Below, piece after piece: positions 9,550-23,112 of a stretch of 64,000 nt of DNA. How positions within the stretch are numbered: position 1 is the first letter of the stretch; the number at the start of each line of letters is the position of its first letter. Position numbers and translations under genes: made by a program. The notes beneath the pieces are model-generated. The model was given only the letters and a program-made list of their open reading frames with translations. It was not told the DNA's origin and ran no database searches. Source of the DNA: an uncultured delta proteobacterium (GTDB taxonomy: Bacteria; Myxococcota; Myxococcia; Myxococcales; Myxococcaceae); contig CAVYSY010000026.1 of assembly GCA_963771175.1 (NCBI GenBank), positions 448,001 through 512,000 on the forward strand. The letters are read 5' to 3'.

Positions 9550-10239
9550 ATGTCACGCCCAGCCCTCCTCCACGGCCGGAACGCCCTGCTGCTCGGATGG
9601 CTGGCGGCGGCTCCCGCTTGGGCCGAGGCCGAGGAAACGACCCCCGCGGCTCCGATGGAGCCGCGCCCGCTCATGCGATGGGGAAACCTCGACCTGCGCC
9701 TCGACGGCGCGGCCTCGCTGCTTCCGCTCTCCTTGGAGGCCGGCGCCACCCTGGACCTCGGTGTGCTCCCGCTCGGCCCCGGCACGCTCTCCCTGGGCGC
9801 GGAGCTCAGCGTCAACCAGTGTGCCCTGGCGTGCTGGGTGCCCAACCTCTTCTCCGAGCGCGACACCTCGCGCCGTGACTTCTACGCCTTCGTCCGCCTG
9901 GGCTACCACTTCACCGTGGCGAACCGGAACTACCGCAAGGTGGACCTCCAAGGATTCCTGCTCCTGGGCGGAATGGAGACTCGCACCACCCAGTCCGCCC
10001 CGGACTACCGCTACGAGGGACGAGACCGCAGCCCCGCCTTCGGCCTCGGGGTCGGGGGGAACTACTTCCCCACGGACGGCTCCCGGTTCTTCGTGGGCGG
10101 CGAGGCCCGGGTGCGCTTCGGCACCGGCACCTATGCCCTCAGCCTCACGCAGGGTACGTATACGTTCACCGAGGAGGACCGGAGCTGGACCCGCCTGGGC
10201 CTCAGCACCGCCTTCTTCGTGGGGTTCCGGCTGTTCTGA
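9550..10239 (+). CDS. Secreted protein, probable outer-membrane beta-barrel
   Basis: Signal peptide ending AWA; alternating beta-strand pattern; C-terminal Phe (VGFRLF). Confidence 0.6.
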   Translation: MSRPALLHGRNALLLGWLAAAPAWAEAEETTPAAPMEPRPLMRWGNLDLRLDGAASLLPLSLEAGATLDLGVLPLGPGTLSLGAELSVNQCALACWVPNLFSERDTSRRDFYAFVRLGYHFTVANRNYRKVDLQGFLLLGGMETRTTQSAPDYRYEGRDRSPAFGLGVGGNYFPTDGSRFFVGGEARVRFGTGTYALSLTQGTYTFTEEDRSWTRLGLSTAFFVGFRLF

Positions 10240-10341
10240 CCATCCCGGCCCCATCCGTGCGAAGGTGGCGCCACCGCGCGCTCCATCGAGCGACCGGCCG
10301 GTGCTGGATGGGCCGCACCGTGTCATCCGCGGGCCTCGACC

Positions 10342-10989
10342 GTGACTCCGTACGATCAGATCTTCCAGAACAACCGCCGCTGGGCCGAGGAGCAGCTCCG
10401 CGCCGACCCCGAGTTCTTCACCAGGCTCGCGCGCGAGCAGCGCCCAGACTTCCTCTATATCGGCTGCTCCGACAGCCGGGTGCCGGCGAATCAAATCATG
10501 GGCCTGCCGCCCGGAGACGTGTTCGTCCATCGCAACGTCGCCAACCTGGTCAACAACGTCGACCTGAACGTGATGTCGGTCATCAACTACGGCGTCCGGC
10601 GCCTGGACGTGAAGCACATCATCGTATGCGGCCATTACGGGTGCGGCGGAGTGCAAGCGGCCATGCAGCCCATGGACCTGGGCATCCTCAATCCCTGGCT
10701 GCGCAACATCCGCGACGTGTACCGCCTGCACAAAGCCGAGATGGACAGCCTCGAGGGCGAGGCCCAACGCTATGACCGCCTCGTGGAGCTCAATGTCACC
10801 GAGCAGTGCATCAACATCATCAAGACGGCCGCGGTGCAGCAATCCTTCCTCGCGCGCGGCTTCCCCACGGTGCACGGCTGGGTGTTCGACATGCGCACCG
10901 GCCTCATCAAGGATCTGCAGATCAACTTCCAGGAGACGCTGCGCAACATCCAGGAGGTGTATGACCTGACGGGCACTGTCTGGCGCTGA
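10342..10989 (+). CDS. can: Beta-class carbonic anhydrase
   Basis: GCSDSRV, HRNVAN, CGHYGCGG zinc motifs. Confidence 0.95.
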   Translation: MTPYDQIFQNNRRWAEEQLRADPEFFTRLAREQRPDFLYIGCSDSRVPANQIMGLPPGDVFVHRNVANLVNNVDLNVMSVINYGVRRLDVKHIIVCGHYGCGGVQAAMQPMDLGILNPWLRNIRDVYRLHKAEMDSLEGEAQRYDRLVELNVTEQCINIIKTAAVQQSFLARGFPTVHGWVFDMRTGLIKDLQINFQETLRNIQEVYDLTGTVWR

Positions 10990-11020
10990 GACGCACCACC
11001 GACTCGACGCTCGTGCCAGA

Positions 11021-11627
11021 ATGCCCGCCTCCGTGAATCCGCCTGCACCCAGGAGTCACAGCGCCGTGCCGACGCCCCGAGAGTTCCTCGTCTACGACGT
11101 CACCGTGGAGGCCATGTTCTCCCGCGCGCTGAAGGATCGCCTCACCCCGCGGCTGAAGGCGCGCGTGAAGGAGGCGGGCATCGACCTGGACGCGAAGTTG
11201 AAGCCGGGCTACCCGCGCGAGGTGTGGCTCCGCACGATGCGCCTCGTGGTGGAGGACCTCTACCAGGGCGTACCCGAGGAGCGTGCCTGGTTCGAGTTGG
11301 GCGAGCGGATGGTGCACTCGTTTGGCGAGACGCTGATGGGCCCCGCCACCGTGGGCATCTTGAAGCTGCTCGGCCCCAGACGAGCACTGGGGCGGATGTC
11401 GCAGACGTTGCAGTACGCCAACAACTACAACCAGTCGAAGCTGGAGGATCTGGGCCCGGGTCGGTTCCGGCTCTGGATCAACGAGGTAGGCATCTCGCCC
11501 CACTTCATCGCCGGCACGGTGACCGCCACGCTGAAGATCTCCGGCGCGAAGGACCCCGCGGTGGAGATCGCCGAGTTCGACGGCCACCAGTGCACCTACG
11601 CCATTCTCCTTCTGACGCGGGCCCGAG

Positions 11628-11650
<23 letters not shown>
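11021..11650 (+). CDS. Myxococcales-restricted DUF2378 (TIGR02265-like) protein
   Basis: [25 protein letters not shown] motifs; paralog at 31679; start uncertain. Confidence 0.75.
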
Positions 11651-13067
<1,417 letters not shown>

Positions 13068-13089
13068 GGCGTCTCCCGGAAGTCCTCTC

Positions 13090-14551
13090 TCAGATGGGGG
13101 CCAGGCGGCGCGTGAAGTCGTGCTCGCGCTCGAAGGCCCGAGCAATCCGCAACAGCTTCGCCTCGTCGAACGGGCGGCCCATGAGCTGCAAACCCATCGG
13201 TAGGCCCGCCTTCGTGAAGCCGCACGGCAGCGACAGGCCGGGCAGGCCCGCCAGGTTGCACGGCAGCGTGCAGACGTCCATGAGGTACATGGACAGCGGG
13301 TCGTTCACCTTCTCGCCCAGCTTGAAGGCGGGCACCGGCGAGGTGGGCGTCACCAGCGCGTCCACCTGGGTGAACGCCTTGTCGAAGTCCTCGCGGATGA
13401 GCGTCCGCACCTTCTGTGCCCTCAGATAGTAGGCGTCGTAGTAGCCCGCCGACAGCGCGTAGGTGCCCAGCATGATGCGGCGCTTCACCTCGGGGCCGAA
13501 GCCCTGGTCGCGCGTCATGCCGTACATGTCCTTGAGCCCCTTGGCCTCGCGCGCCCGCTGGCCGTAGCGCACGCCGTCGTAGCGGGCCAGGTTGGCCGAG
13601 GCCTCCGCCGGAGCCAGCAGGTAGTACGTGGCCAGCGCGTACTTCGTGTGCGGCAGCGACACGTCCACCAGCGTGGCACCCAGCCGCTCGTACTCCTTCA
13701 GCGCCGAGCGCACCGCCGCCTCCACCTCGGGGTCCATGCCCTCGACGAAGTACTCGCGCGGCACGCCCAGCTTCAGCCCCGCCACCCCGTGCTCCAGGTC
13801 CGCCCGGTAGTCCGGCACGTCCGCGGGCGCCGAGGTGGAGTCCAGCGGGTCATGCCTCGCCAGCACCTGCAGCAGCGCGGCCACGTCCCCCACCGTGCGC
13901 CCCATGGGACCCGGCGCGTCCAGCGAGGAGGCGAAGGCGATGACGCCGTAGCGCGACACGCGCCCGTAGGTGGGCTTGAGGCCCACCGTGTTGGTGAGCG
14001 CCGCCGGCTGGCGGATGGAGCCGCCCGTGTCCGTGCCCAGCGTGCCGAAAGACCTCGCGCGCCGCCAGCGCCGCCGCCGAGCCTCCCGAGGAACCTCCCG
14101 GCGTGCGCGTCACGTCCCACGGGTTGTGGCAGGGGCCCCAGGCGCTCGACTCGTTGGACGAGCCCATCGCGAACTCGTCCTGGTTGAGCTTGCCGAGAAT
14201 CGGCATCCCCGCTTCCTTCAACAGCCGCACCGGGGTGGCGTCGTACGGCGGGACGAAGCCCTGGAGGATGCGCGAGGCACACGTCGTCTCCACGCCCTCG
14301 GTGAGGAAGATGTCCTTGACGGCCACCGGCACGCCATCCAGCGGCCCGAGCGGATTGCCGTCCTCGCGGCGCTTGTCGCTGGCCTCGGCGGCGGCGAGGG
14401 CACCGTGCTCGTCCAGTCGCAGGAAGGCCTTCACCTTCCCGTCCACCTGGGCGATGCGCGCCAGGCACGCCCGGGTCGCCTCCACGGAAGTCACCTCCCG
14501 CGAGGCCAGCTTCTCCGCCAGCTCCAGCCGGGTGAGGTCGGTCAGCTGCAT
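13090..14551 (-). CDS. gatA: Asp/Glu-tRNA amidotransferase subunit A, frameshift near 14045 (probable sequencing error)
   Basis: Amidase signature GGSSGGS in 13850-14551 frame continues as [13 protein letters not shown] in 13090-13986 frame. Confidence 0.93.
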
Positions 14552-14844
14552 GGCGTCACTCCAAGATGTTTCGGGACGGCGAAGCTGGTGCCCACCTTGG
14601 CCGGCGCATTGGCCAGCGACTTCTCCGGAGGCAGCGAGGGCCGCGTCACGTCCTCGCGCAGCAGCGAGGACGCGAGCGTGGCGTGCGAGGTGGGCTCGAC
14701 CCCGCTCACGTCGAGCTCCTGGAGCTGGGCCACCGCGTCGAGGATGGCGGAGAGCTGCGTGGCATAGCGCTCCTCCTCCTCGGCCGTCAGCGACAGCCGG
14801 GCCAGGGTGGCCACATGTCGGACCTGCTCGACGGTGAGCTTCAT
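14542..14844 (-). CDS. gatC: Asp/Glu-tRNA amidotransferase subunit C (3' end possibly shifted; natural stop may be ~14557)
   Basis: [17 protein letters not shown]...DVSGVEPT...LREDV; upstream of gatA. Confidence 0.92.
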   Translation of the reverse strand: MKLTVEQVRHVATLARLSLTAEEEERYATQLSAILDAVAQLQELDVSGVEPTSHATLASSLLREDVTRPSLPPEKSLANAPAKVGTSFAVPKHLGVTPCS

Positions 14845-14863
14845 GGGCCGGGCCTCCCGCGAA

Positions 14864-15194
14864 CTACTTGTTCTTGAACAGGTTGAGGACGGCGCCCATC
14901 CACTTGCCGCTGTTCTCGTGGCCCATGTGCTGCACGAGACGATCCAGCTCGCCCGCGTCCAGGAAGATGCCGTGGCAGTTGAAGCAGGTGTCGACCTCCA
15001 CCTCACCCCGCTTCAGTGCCTGCAGGTCCATGCCGCACTTGGGGCACTTCATGTGGTGCAGGTTCTTGAGTCTCCTCGCGCTGCTGGGCAGCCATCGACT
15101 GGGACTGCTGGATGGCCAGCTTGCGCTTCTTCTCGATCTCCTCGCGCGCGAAGTACTCCTCTTCGGTCGATGACGGCTTGTCCTGGGTGGCCAT
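14864..15194 (-). CDS. Zinc-finger (zf-TFIIB) domain protein, frameshift near 15070
   Basis: EEEYFARE N-terminus joined to CPKCG...CFNCHGIFLDAGEL. Confidence 0.78.
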
Positions 15195-15305
15195 GATGTA
15201 GGTCTCCTTGGTACTGATACTTAGCGGCGGCAAGATACATGCTCCGCTTTCGCCCGGTGCCTCAAATTGGCCGGGAGGTACACCTCCGGACGGCCAGCCG
15301 GAAAA

Positions 15306-15333
15306 TTGACCGCCCCCCCACCCTCCCTACACT
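15306..15333 (+). promoter_or_regulatory. Putative sigma-70 promoter of ftsK
   Basis: TTGACC-N16-TACACT, 45 bp upstream of the start; spacer contains a C homopolymer. Confidence 0.5.
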
Positions 15334-15378
15334 CCGCGGACGGCTGCTACAGCCCGCTACGGGGAGTGTGAGGAAGTC

Positions 15379-18300
15379 ATGGCGGAACGGAAGGCCAGAG
15401 CGGAGAAGTCGGTCCTTTCGAGGCAGGAGATTGCCACGCGCCGGAAGGCGCTCGCGGAGAAGAAGGCACAGAAGGGCGGCGGAGGCGCGGTCGCGGGACC
15501 TGGCCAACGGGCGCTCGTGGGCCTCTTCCTGCTGGCTGCCTCGGTGCTGTCGTTGATTTCCGTGGCCACCTTCGACGCGAAGGACCGCAAGGGACCCGGG
15601 TTCGAGAACGCGGTGGGGCCCATCGGCCACCTCATCGCCGAGGGCCTGCGCGGCATGCTCGGGGTGTGGGCCTATCGTCCTCCCCCTGTGTGGCCTCTAC
15701 GCCGCCTGGTCGTCTTCGTGGGCAACCGGGAGCGGCGGCGCTGGCCGCAGATGGTGGCCTTCGTCCTGCTGACGCTGAGCGGCGCGGTGCTGGCCCAGCT
15801 CTTCCTCGGCAACCAGCCCGGCCAGGCCCACCCGCCCGGGGGCTTCGTGGGCACCACGCTCGGCGGCATGCTGGTCGGGACTCTTCTCCACCGTGGGCAC
15901 CGTCATCCTGGTGACGACGGTGTGCGCCGCCGCCCTCATCGTCGGCACCCAGTACACCTTCCTCAAGCTGTGCTCGCTGGCGTGGGCCGGGGCGTGCGTG
16001 CTCGGCCGGCGCGTGCAGGAGAGACGCCGTCGCCTGTCTGGGAGCAGCAGAAGGTGGCCTACAAGGAGCGCCAGGAGCGCGCCGCCAGGAGAAGGCAGGA
16101 GGAGGCCGCCTTCTTCGCCCAGATTGAGGAGGAGGAGGCCGAGCTGGAGGAGGCCGAGCGTCTGGCCGCCGAGGCCGAGGCCGCCGATGAGGAGGCCATG
16201 GCCGAGGCCGCCGTGCGCCTCGCCCGCCAGGAGGAGAAGGACCGCGCCGTCGCCGCGAAGAAGGCCGAGCGCGATGCCCGCGAGGCGACGAAGCTGGCCC
16301 CGCGCGACGGCCGGGAGAAGAAGCCCGCCGAGGCCGCCGCCCTGCCCGCTGTGGTGGCTGGTACGCCCGCCGCCGCTCGCCCGGCTCCGGGAGCGGATCC
16401 GGTGTGGGCGTCCTTCCTGGCCCCCTCGGGCGCCGCCAACTCGGTGCCCACCCCGCCGCCCGCGGAGGCTTCCCCGCGCGGCAAGCGCAAGACGCCGAAC
16501 ATCGTCACCGGTCCGACTCCGGCCGACGAGCTGCCCGCCTCGGCCGTGGACGCCGAGCCCGAGGCCACCGCTCCCGTCGCTCCGGCTCCAGCCGCTCCCT
16601 CGGCGATCGTCCCGCGCTCCGCCGTCGGCGCTGGCGCGGATGCCGCTCATCGTCGAGCCCAAGGCGCCGCCCAAGCCCACCGCCGTCGCCGCCAAGAAGA
16701 AGGACCAGGAGCAGTTCCAGTTCGTGGGAGGCCGCACCAGCTTCTCCCTGCCTCCGCTGGACGTGCTGGAGGTCGAGAAGAAGGAGCGCTCGGCGCTGGA
16801 CAAGGAGGCCTTCCTCACCACGGCGGAGAAGCTGCGCGCCAAGCTGGCCGACTTCGGCATCTCGGGCGAGGTGGTGGAGATCCGCCCCGGCCCCGTGGTC
16901 ACCATGTACGAGTTCCTCCCGGGACCCGGCATCAAGGTGAGCAAGATCGCCGCGCTCCAGGATGACCTGGCCATGGCGATGGAGGCCATGCGGGTGCGCA
17001 TCGTCGCCCCCATCCCCGGCAAGGGCGTGGTGGGCATCGAGGTCCCCAACCGCGACCGCGAGACGGTCTACCTCAAGGAGATCGCCGAGCAGGACGTCTT
17101 CCAGAAGTCGGTCAGCAAGCTGACCATGTGCGTGGGCAAGGACATCGAGGGCATGCCGTACGTCTTCGACCTGGCCAAGGCGCCCCACCTGCTCATCGCG
17201 GGTACCACCGGCTCCGGTAAGTCGGTGGCGGTGAACTCGATGATCATGAGCATCCTCCTGAAGTCCACGCCGGAGGAGGTCCGCTTCATCATGGTGGACC
17301 CGAAGATGCTGGAGCTCTCCGTCTACGAGGGCATCCCCCACCTGCTGCTGCCGGTGGTGACGGACCCGAAGAAGGCGGCGCTCGCGCTGCGCTGGGCCGT
17401 GGAGGAGATGGAGCGGCGCTACCAGATGCTGTCCGAGGCCGGGGTGCGCAACATCGCCGGCTTCAACAAGCTGGTGGAGACGCAGGCCGCCGAGAGGGCC
17501 GCCGGGAAGCCCGCCGAGGAGTCCGCCAAGAAGGCCGCGCCGAAGAAGCCCAGGAAGGTGCTCGTGGTGGACGTGGCCACCCCGGAGGACGTGGAGGTCG
17601 AGGAGTCCACTCCGGCCAGCGCCAGCTCGGGCCCCGGTGTCGCCGCGCCCCGGGAGGACGTGGAGGACATGCGCGAGGCCGTGAGCTTCGAGTCCGAGGA
17701 GTCGCCGATGACCGCCGAGGTCGCGGGAGACGAGGAGGACGAGATGTCCGACGCGGTGGACGCCGCGCTCGAGGCCGCCTCGGAGTCGGCGTCGCCCAAG
17801 GAGGAGAAGCAGGAGTGGAAGAAGCTGCCCTACATCGTGGTCATCATCGATGAGCTGGCGGACCTGATGATGGTGGCCAGCCGCGAGGTGGAGACGTACG
17901 TGGCACGCCTGGCGCAGATGGCTCGTGCGGCCGGCATCCACCTGATGGTGGCCACGCAGCGCCCGTCCACGGACGTCGTCACGGGCATCATCAAGGCCAA
18001 CTTCCCCACGCGCATCAGCTTCATGCTGCGCTCCAAGCCGGACTCGATGACGATTCTGGGCACGGTGGGCGCCGAGGCCCTGCTGGGCATGGGCGACATG
18101 CTCATCATGCCGCCCACCAGCGCGCACCTGCAGCGCGTGCACGGCGCCTACGTCTCGGAGAACGAGATCAAGCATGCCGTGGACCACCTCAAGGCGCAGG
18201 GCAAGCCCGTCTACGACGACTCCATCCTCAAGCCGCGCGAGGAGGACAGCGAGGGCGGTGGCGGCGAGGAGGACGAGCTGTCCGACGAGCTGTACGACCA

Positions 18301-18499
18301 GGCGCTCGCGACGGTGAGCGAGATGCGGGCCGTGTCCATCTCGATGCTCCAGCGCAAGATGCGCATCGGCTACAACCGGGCGGCGCGCATGATTGAGCGC
18401 ATGGAGCGCGACGGCGTGGTGGGCCCGGCGGACGGGGCCAAGCCGCGCGAGGTGCTCATCCGCGGCGTGGGCGAGATGCCCGGAGCCGGCGCCGCGTAG
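15379..18499 (+). CDS. ftsK: DNA translocase FtsK, several frameshifts in N-terminal half
   Basis: TM N-terminus, PGPVVTMYE, Walker A AGTTGSGKS, IIDELADLMM, gamma domain RIGYNRAAR. Confidence 0.95.
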
Positions 18500-19819
18500 T
18501 CCCAACCCCGAGGACATCCAGGCGACCAGGGCGGCGAGCGCCAGAGAGGACGCCACCTCCAGCATGTACGAGGGGGTGGCGCAGTGAGCACCTTCTTCTG
18601 AGGGCCACAGCGGCTTTCCCGGTTCACACCGGGCCTCCATCCGTATAGAGCGAGCCCCCTATGGCTGAACGTCTCGCCCTCTTCGCCACCACCGCCCGCG
18701 GTACCGAGGACCTCCTGGCCGAGGAGCTGAAGGAGCTCGGCGCGCGCCGCATCCGGCAGGACCGGGGTGGAGTGCGCTTCATGGCCTCGCTCGACGAGGC
18801 GCTGAAGGTCTGCCTCTGGTCGCGCATCGCCATGCGCGTCCTCTACCCGCTGGGCGAGTTCGAGGCCCACGGCGCCCAGGGCCTGTACGACGCCGTGGCC
18901 AGCGTGCCGTGGGAGGAGCACCTCACCCCGGAGACGACCTTCGCGGTGGAGGCCACGCTCAAGGACAGCGAGCACAGCCACACGGGCTTCGTGGCGCTGA
19001 AGGTAAAGGACGCCATCGTGGACCGGATGCGCGAGAAGCTGAAGGCGCGGCCGGACGTGGACACCCGGCATCCGGACGTGAGCGTGGTGGCCCACCTGGT
19101 GCGCGAGCGGCTCTCCCTCTCGCTGGACCTGTGCGGCGAGCCCCTGCACCGCCGGGGCTACCGGGTGCGCCCGACGCCGGCCCCGCTGAAGGAGACGCTG
19201 GCCGCCGCCCTCCTCCGCGCCGCGGGCTACACCGGCGAGGAGGCATTGGTGGACCCGATGTGCGGCTCGGGCACCATCCTCATCGAGGGTGGCCTCATCG
19301 CTCGCCGACGCGCTCCGGGCATCGCCCGCGACTTCGCCGTGGAGAAGTGGCCGCACCTGGGCGAGCGCGCCCGCGAATTGCTCGCGGACCTGCGCGCGGA
19401 TGCCCGCCGGAACGAGCGGAAGGTGGAGGTCCCCGATCCTCGGCTTCGACAAGGACCCGGAGGCGCTGGAGGCGGCGCGGCGCAACGTGAAGGCGGCGAA
19501 GCTGGCGGAGGAGATCCTCATCGAGGAGGGCGATGCGATGAAGCTCCCTCCCCTGCCCGCTTCGGGCGGCCTCCTCATCACCAATCCGCCCTACGGCGAC
19601 CGGCTGGGCTCGGGCGGCCAGAAGGGGATGAAGAGCTTCTACTTCAAGCTGGGCGACACCCTGCGGCCGCCGGGCTGGCGCATCTTCGTGCTCTCGGGCA
19701 ACCCGGCCTTCGAGAGCGCCTTCCATGCTCGTCCCAGCAGCCGGAGGGACCTGTGGAACGGCCCCATCGCCTGCACGCTGCTCGGCTACCCGGCGAGGCG
19801 TAGCCGGGAGGACTGGGCC

Positions 19820-20401
<582 letters not shown>

Positions 20402-20409
20402 GGGAGGGC

Positions 20410-20841
20410 CTAGGTGAGCAGGTAGGGGAACTTCGTCTTCACGATGACCCAGGCGTAGTTGACCGCCACGAGGACGGCCGCGGCGATGCGGACCCAGTGC
20501 CACTCGCGGGGGGAGAGTTGCGCCTGGGGGACGGGCATGGCGAAGACGAGGTGCAGCACCGTCACCACGACCATGAAGGCGAAGAAGAGGGCCGCCACCG
20601 TGCCGAGCGGGTTGACGTCCCACGCCCCGGCGATGTTGAGGTGGGCCACCCGGTCCGCCACGCGCGTCAGCCCGCAGCCGAGGCAGGGCCAGCCGGTCGT
20701 TTCCCGCAGGGCACAGCCCCAGAAGGGGATGATCCTGGCCACGGGGATATAGCGGGCAACGAGCAGCCCGAGGAGGCCCACGATGCCGAGTGCATCGGTG
20801 AAGCCAAGGGTACGGTTGGGCTTGGGGAGGATGACCTTCAC
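20410..20841 (-). CDS. DUF2752 membrane protein
   Basis: TGWPCLGCGLTR and NPLG motifs. Confidence 0.8.
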   Translation of the reverse strand: MKVILPKPNRTLGFTDALGIVGLLGLLVARYIPVARIIPFWGCALRETTGWPCLGCGLTRVADRVAHLNIAGAWDVNPLGTVAALFFAFMVVVTVLHLVFAMPVPQAQLSPREWHWVRIAAAVLVAVNYAWVIVKTKFPYLLT

Positions 20842-20908
20842 GTCGAGTAGTGTAACCGGGATGGCGGGCGCCTTGCCCGGACAAAGGCTTCAGGCTATCG
20901 AGTGGGGG

Positions 20909-21454
20909 ATGAAGACCTTCCGCTCCGCCCTGCTGACGCTGTTCGCCCTTCCTCTCGTGGCGCTCGCCGAGACCCCGGCCCCGGCGCAGAAGCCCGCCGC
21001 AACCCCCGCCGTCCAGCAGGACTGCGCCCACCCGCCGGTGCCGGCCGACGCGAAGCCCGCAGCGGGCTGGACGCTGACGCGCGGAGAGGCGCTGAAGGGG
21101 GCTCCGGCGGTGACGCTGGCCGAGCTGCTGGCGAAGCCGCAGGCCCACGAGGGCAAGACGGTGCGCGTGGAGGGCCAGGTGCGCAAGGCCTGCGAGAAGA
21201 AGGGCTGCTGGATGGAGCTCGCCGAGGGCGCGAAGGGCGCCGGGGTGCGGGTGACGTTCAAGGACTACGGCTTCTTCGTGCCGCTGGACTCGGCGGGCGC
21301 GTCGGCGCGGGTGGAGGGCGTGGTGAAGGTGACGGAGCTGAGCGACGCCATGGCCAAGCACTACGAGGCCGAGGGCGCCATGGTGCCCCGCGGCAGCGAC
21401 GGCAAGCCGCGCGAGGTGCAGCTGGTGGCCACGGGCGTCGAGCTGCGCCGCTGA
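20909..21454 (+). CDS. DUF4920 domain secreted protein
   Basis: Signal peptide; CEKKGCWMEL, VTFKDYGFFVP. Confidence 0.85.
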   Translation: MKTFRSALLTLFALPLVALAETPAPAQKPAATPAVQQDCAHPPVPADAKPAAGWTLTRGEALKGAPAVTLAELLAKPQAHEGKTVRVEGQVRKACEKKGCWMELAEGAKGAGVRVTFKDYGFFVPLDSAGASARVEGVVKVTELSDAMAKHYEAEGAMVPRGSDGKPREVQLVATGVELRR

Positions 21455-21457
21455 GCG

Positions 21458-22054
21458 ATGGCACGCAGCTTCAGCATGAGGGGCGTGATGGGCGCGGCCG
21501 ATCGGGCCGTGCAGTACGCCCGCAACTGGCTCCTGGCCACCGAGCCCGGCTCCCGCGTCCATGACGTGCAGGACGACCCGCGCTTCCAGCACCGCGGGGT
21601 GGACCTGCTGTGGGAGCTGCCCTCGGGAGAGGTGCGCGGCATCGAGGTGAAGGGCGATCGGCAGCCGCGCCGCCGACGCTACTTCTTCGAGCTGGTGTCG
21701 AACCTGGAGCGAGACACCCCGGGCTGCTTCCTCTACAGCGGCGCGGACCTGATGGTGTACGTGTTCCTGGCGCAGGGGGAGCTGCACGTGCTGCCGCTGA
21801 AGGCGGTGCGCGAGTGGTTCCTCCCGAGGGCGAAGTCCTACGAGCTGCGGCACGCGTTCACGCAGACGGGGGCCATCCGCTACACGACGGTGGGCGCGAT
21901 CGTGCCGGTGAAGGACGTGCAGGAGGGAGTGCCCGAGGTGAAGTTCATCCCCCTGCCCCGCCGAGGCCAACCCCCGACCGGGGAGGCCCAGGCCGCCGGG
22001 GAATCCCCTCCGGAGACGGCCCAGCCCCCACCCGAGGACGACGTCCCCTACTGA
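21458..22054 (+). CDS. Hypothetical protein with PD-(D/E)xK nuclease-like motif
   Basis: GVDLL...GIEVKGD...FFE pattern. Confidence 0.6.
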   Translation: MARSFSMRGVMGAADRAVQYARNWLLATEPGSRVHDVQDDPRFQHRGVDLLWELPSGEVRGIEVKGDRQPRRRRYFFELVSNLERDTPGCFLYSGADLMVYVFLAQGELHVLPLKAVREWFLPRAKSYELRHAFTQTGAIRYTTVGAIVPVKDVQEGVPEVKFIPLPRRGQPPTGEAQAAGESPPETAQPPPEDDVPY

Positions 22055-22062
22055 GCCCCGGA

Positions 22063-22090
22063 CCCCTCCCCCTGAATGAGGGAGAGGGGA
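22063..22090. terminator. Probable bidirectional hairpin between convergent genes
   Basis: cccctcccc...gggagagggg inverted repeat between two stop codons. Confidence 0.45.
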
Positions 22091-22102
22091 CACGCCGGGT
22101 TC

Positions 22103-23020
22103 TCAGTGCTGGTGCTGGTGGCGCCGGTGGCCCGGGTGGGCCTCGTCGTGCGCCTTCTCGACACGGGCGCGGTCCTGGGCGAGGGCCGCGAGCGAGGTGC
22201 GGTCACCGAGCTGCTTGTAGGAGTGCTCCAGGCGGGCCACCAGGTCCAGCGCGAGGTGCCAGTCCTGGGTGCGCTCGGCCTCCTCCAGCAGGGGGCGGCC
22301 CAAGGCGACGACCTTGTCGTTGGCACCGAGGTGCAGCAGGCCGTCCAGGGCGAGCACGCGCGAGATGGGCGCGCGCGAGCCATCCGTGGCCACCTTCTGC
22401 AGGTCCTCGAGCGCCGCGTCCCGCTGGCCCATGGAGGCGCGGATGATGGGCTTGGAGACGCCCCGGCGATCCGGCAGGAGGAACTCCTCCAGATCGGCGA
22501 AGGCCTCGGCGTCCTCGGTGTGGCCCGCCTTGGCGAGCAGCTCGGCGAGGTCGTCGAACGCGCGGGCGGCGCGCTCGTCGAACACGCGCAGGGCCTCCTG
22601 CATGAAGCCGAGCTCGGGCTCGCCCTTCTCATTGACGGGCACGCGCTTGCGCACCTCGTTGATGCGGGTGAAGGCCGGTCCCACGGGGGCCGCCTGCGAG
22701 CCCTGCAGGAGCTGTCCCAGGGCGCCCATGAGCTGGGCGAGGCTCTCGGAGAGCTCGTACGGGGCGAGCCGATCCGCCAGCCACCGCGTCCACAGCTCCC
22801 CGGCGGCCGCATAGGGGAAGGGGGCGAACTGGCCGGTGCCCTTCCACTGCGGCATCCAGCTCTCGGCGATGCCGGCGGGGTACTTCTTCTCGGCGAGCTG
22901 GCGGAAATCCGCCTCGCTCACCTGGACGCCGTAGTGCCCGAGCGTCCCGATGATGGCCTCCGTCGAGTAGTCCTTCAGCCCCTTGCGCTGCCACGCCTTG
23001 TCCACGCGATCCGTGCTCAC
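22103..23020 (-). CDS. Conserved hypothetical helical-repeat protein with His-rich C-terminus
   Basis: Good codon pattern from GTG at 23020; ends HPGHRRHQHQH. Confidence 0.65.
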   Translation of the reverse strand: MSTDRVDKAWQRKGLKDYSTEAIIGTLGHYGVQVSEADFRQLAEKKYPAGIAESWMPQWKGTGQFAPFPYAAAGELWTRWLADRLAPYELSESLAQLMGALGQLLQGSQAAPVGPAFTRINEVRKRVPVNEKGEPELGFMQEALRVFDERAARAFDDLAELLAKAGHTEDAEAFADLEEFLLPDRRGVSKPIIRASMGQRDAALEDLQKVATDGSRAPISRVLALDGLLHLGANDKVVALGRPLLEEAERTQDWHLALDLVARLEHSYKQLGDRTSLAALAQDRARVEKAHDEAHPGHRRHQHQH

Positions 23021-23112
23021 CGCTGCCACAAGCCTCCTGGCGCCTGGAAACGGCGCGTGCGGCTTTCTAGCAGACAGGGAGCGGGCGGGGCAGGGGTTGG
23101 CCGCACGGACCG

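Noticed and set aside
13090..18499. Programmed frameshifting or pseudogenisation of gatA and ftsK
   Set aside because: Essential genes, no slippery-site/stimulator pattern seen, and similar indels occur throughout the window
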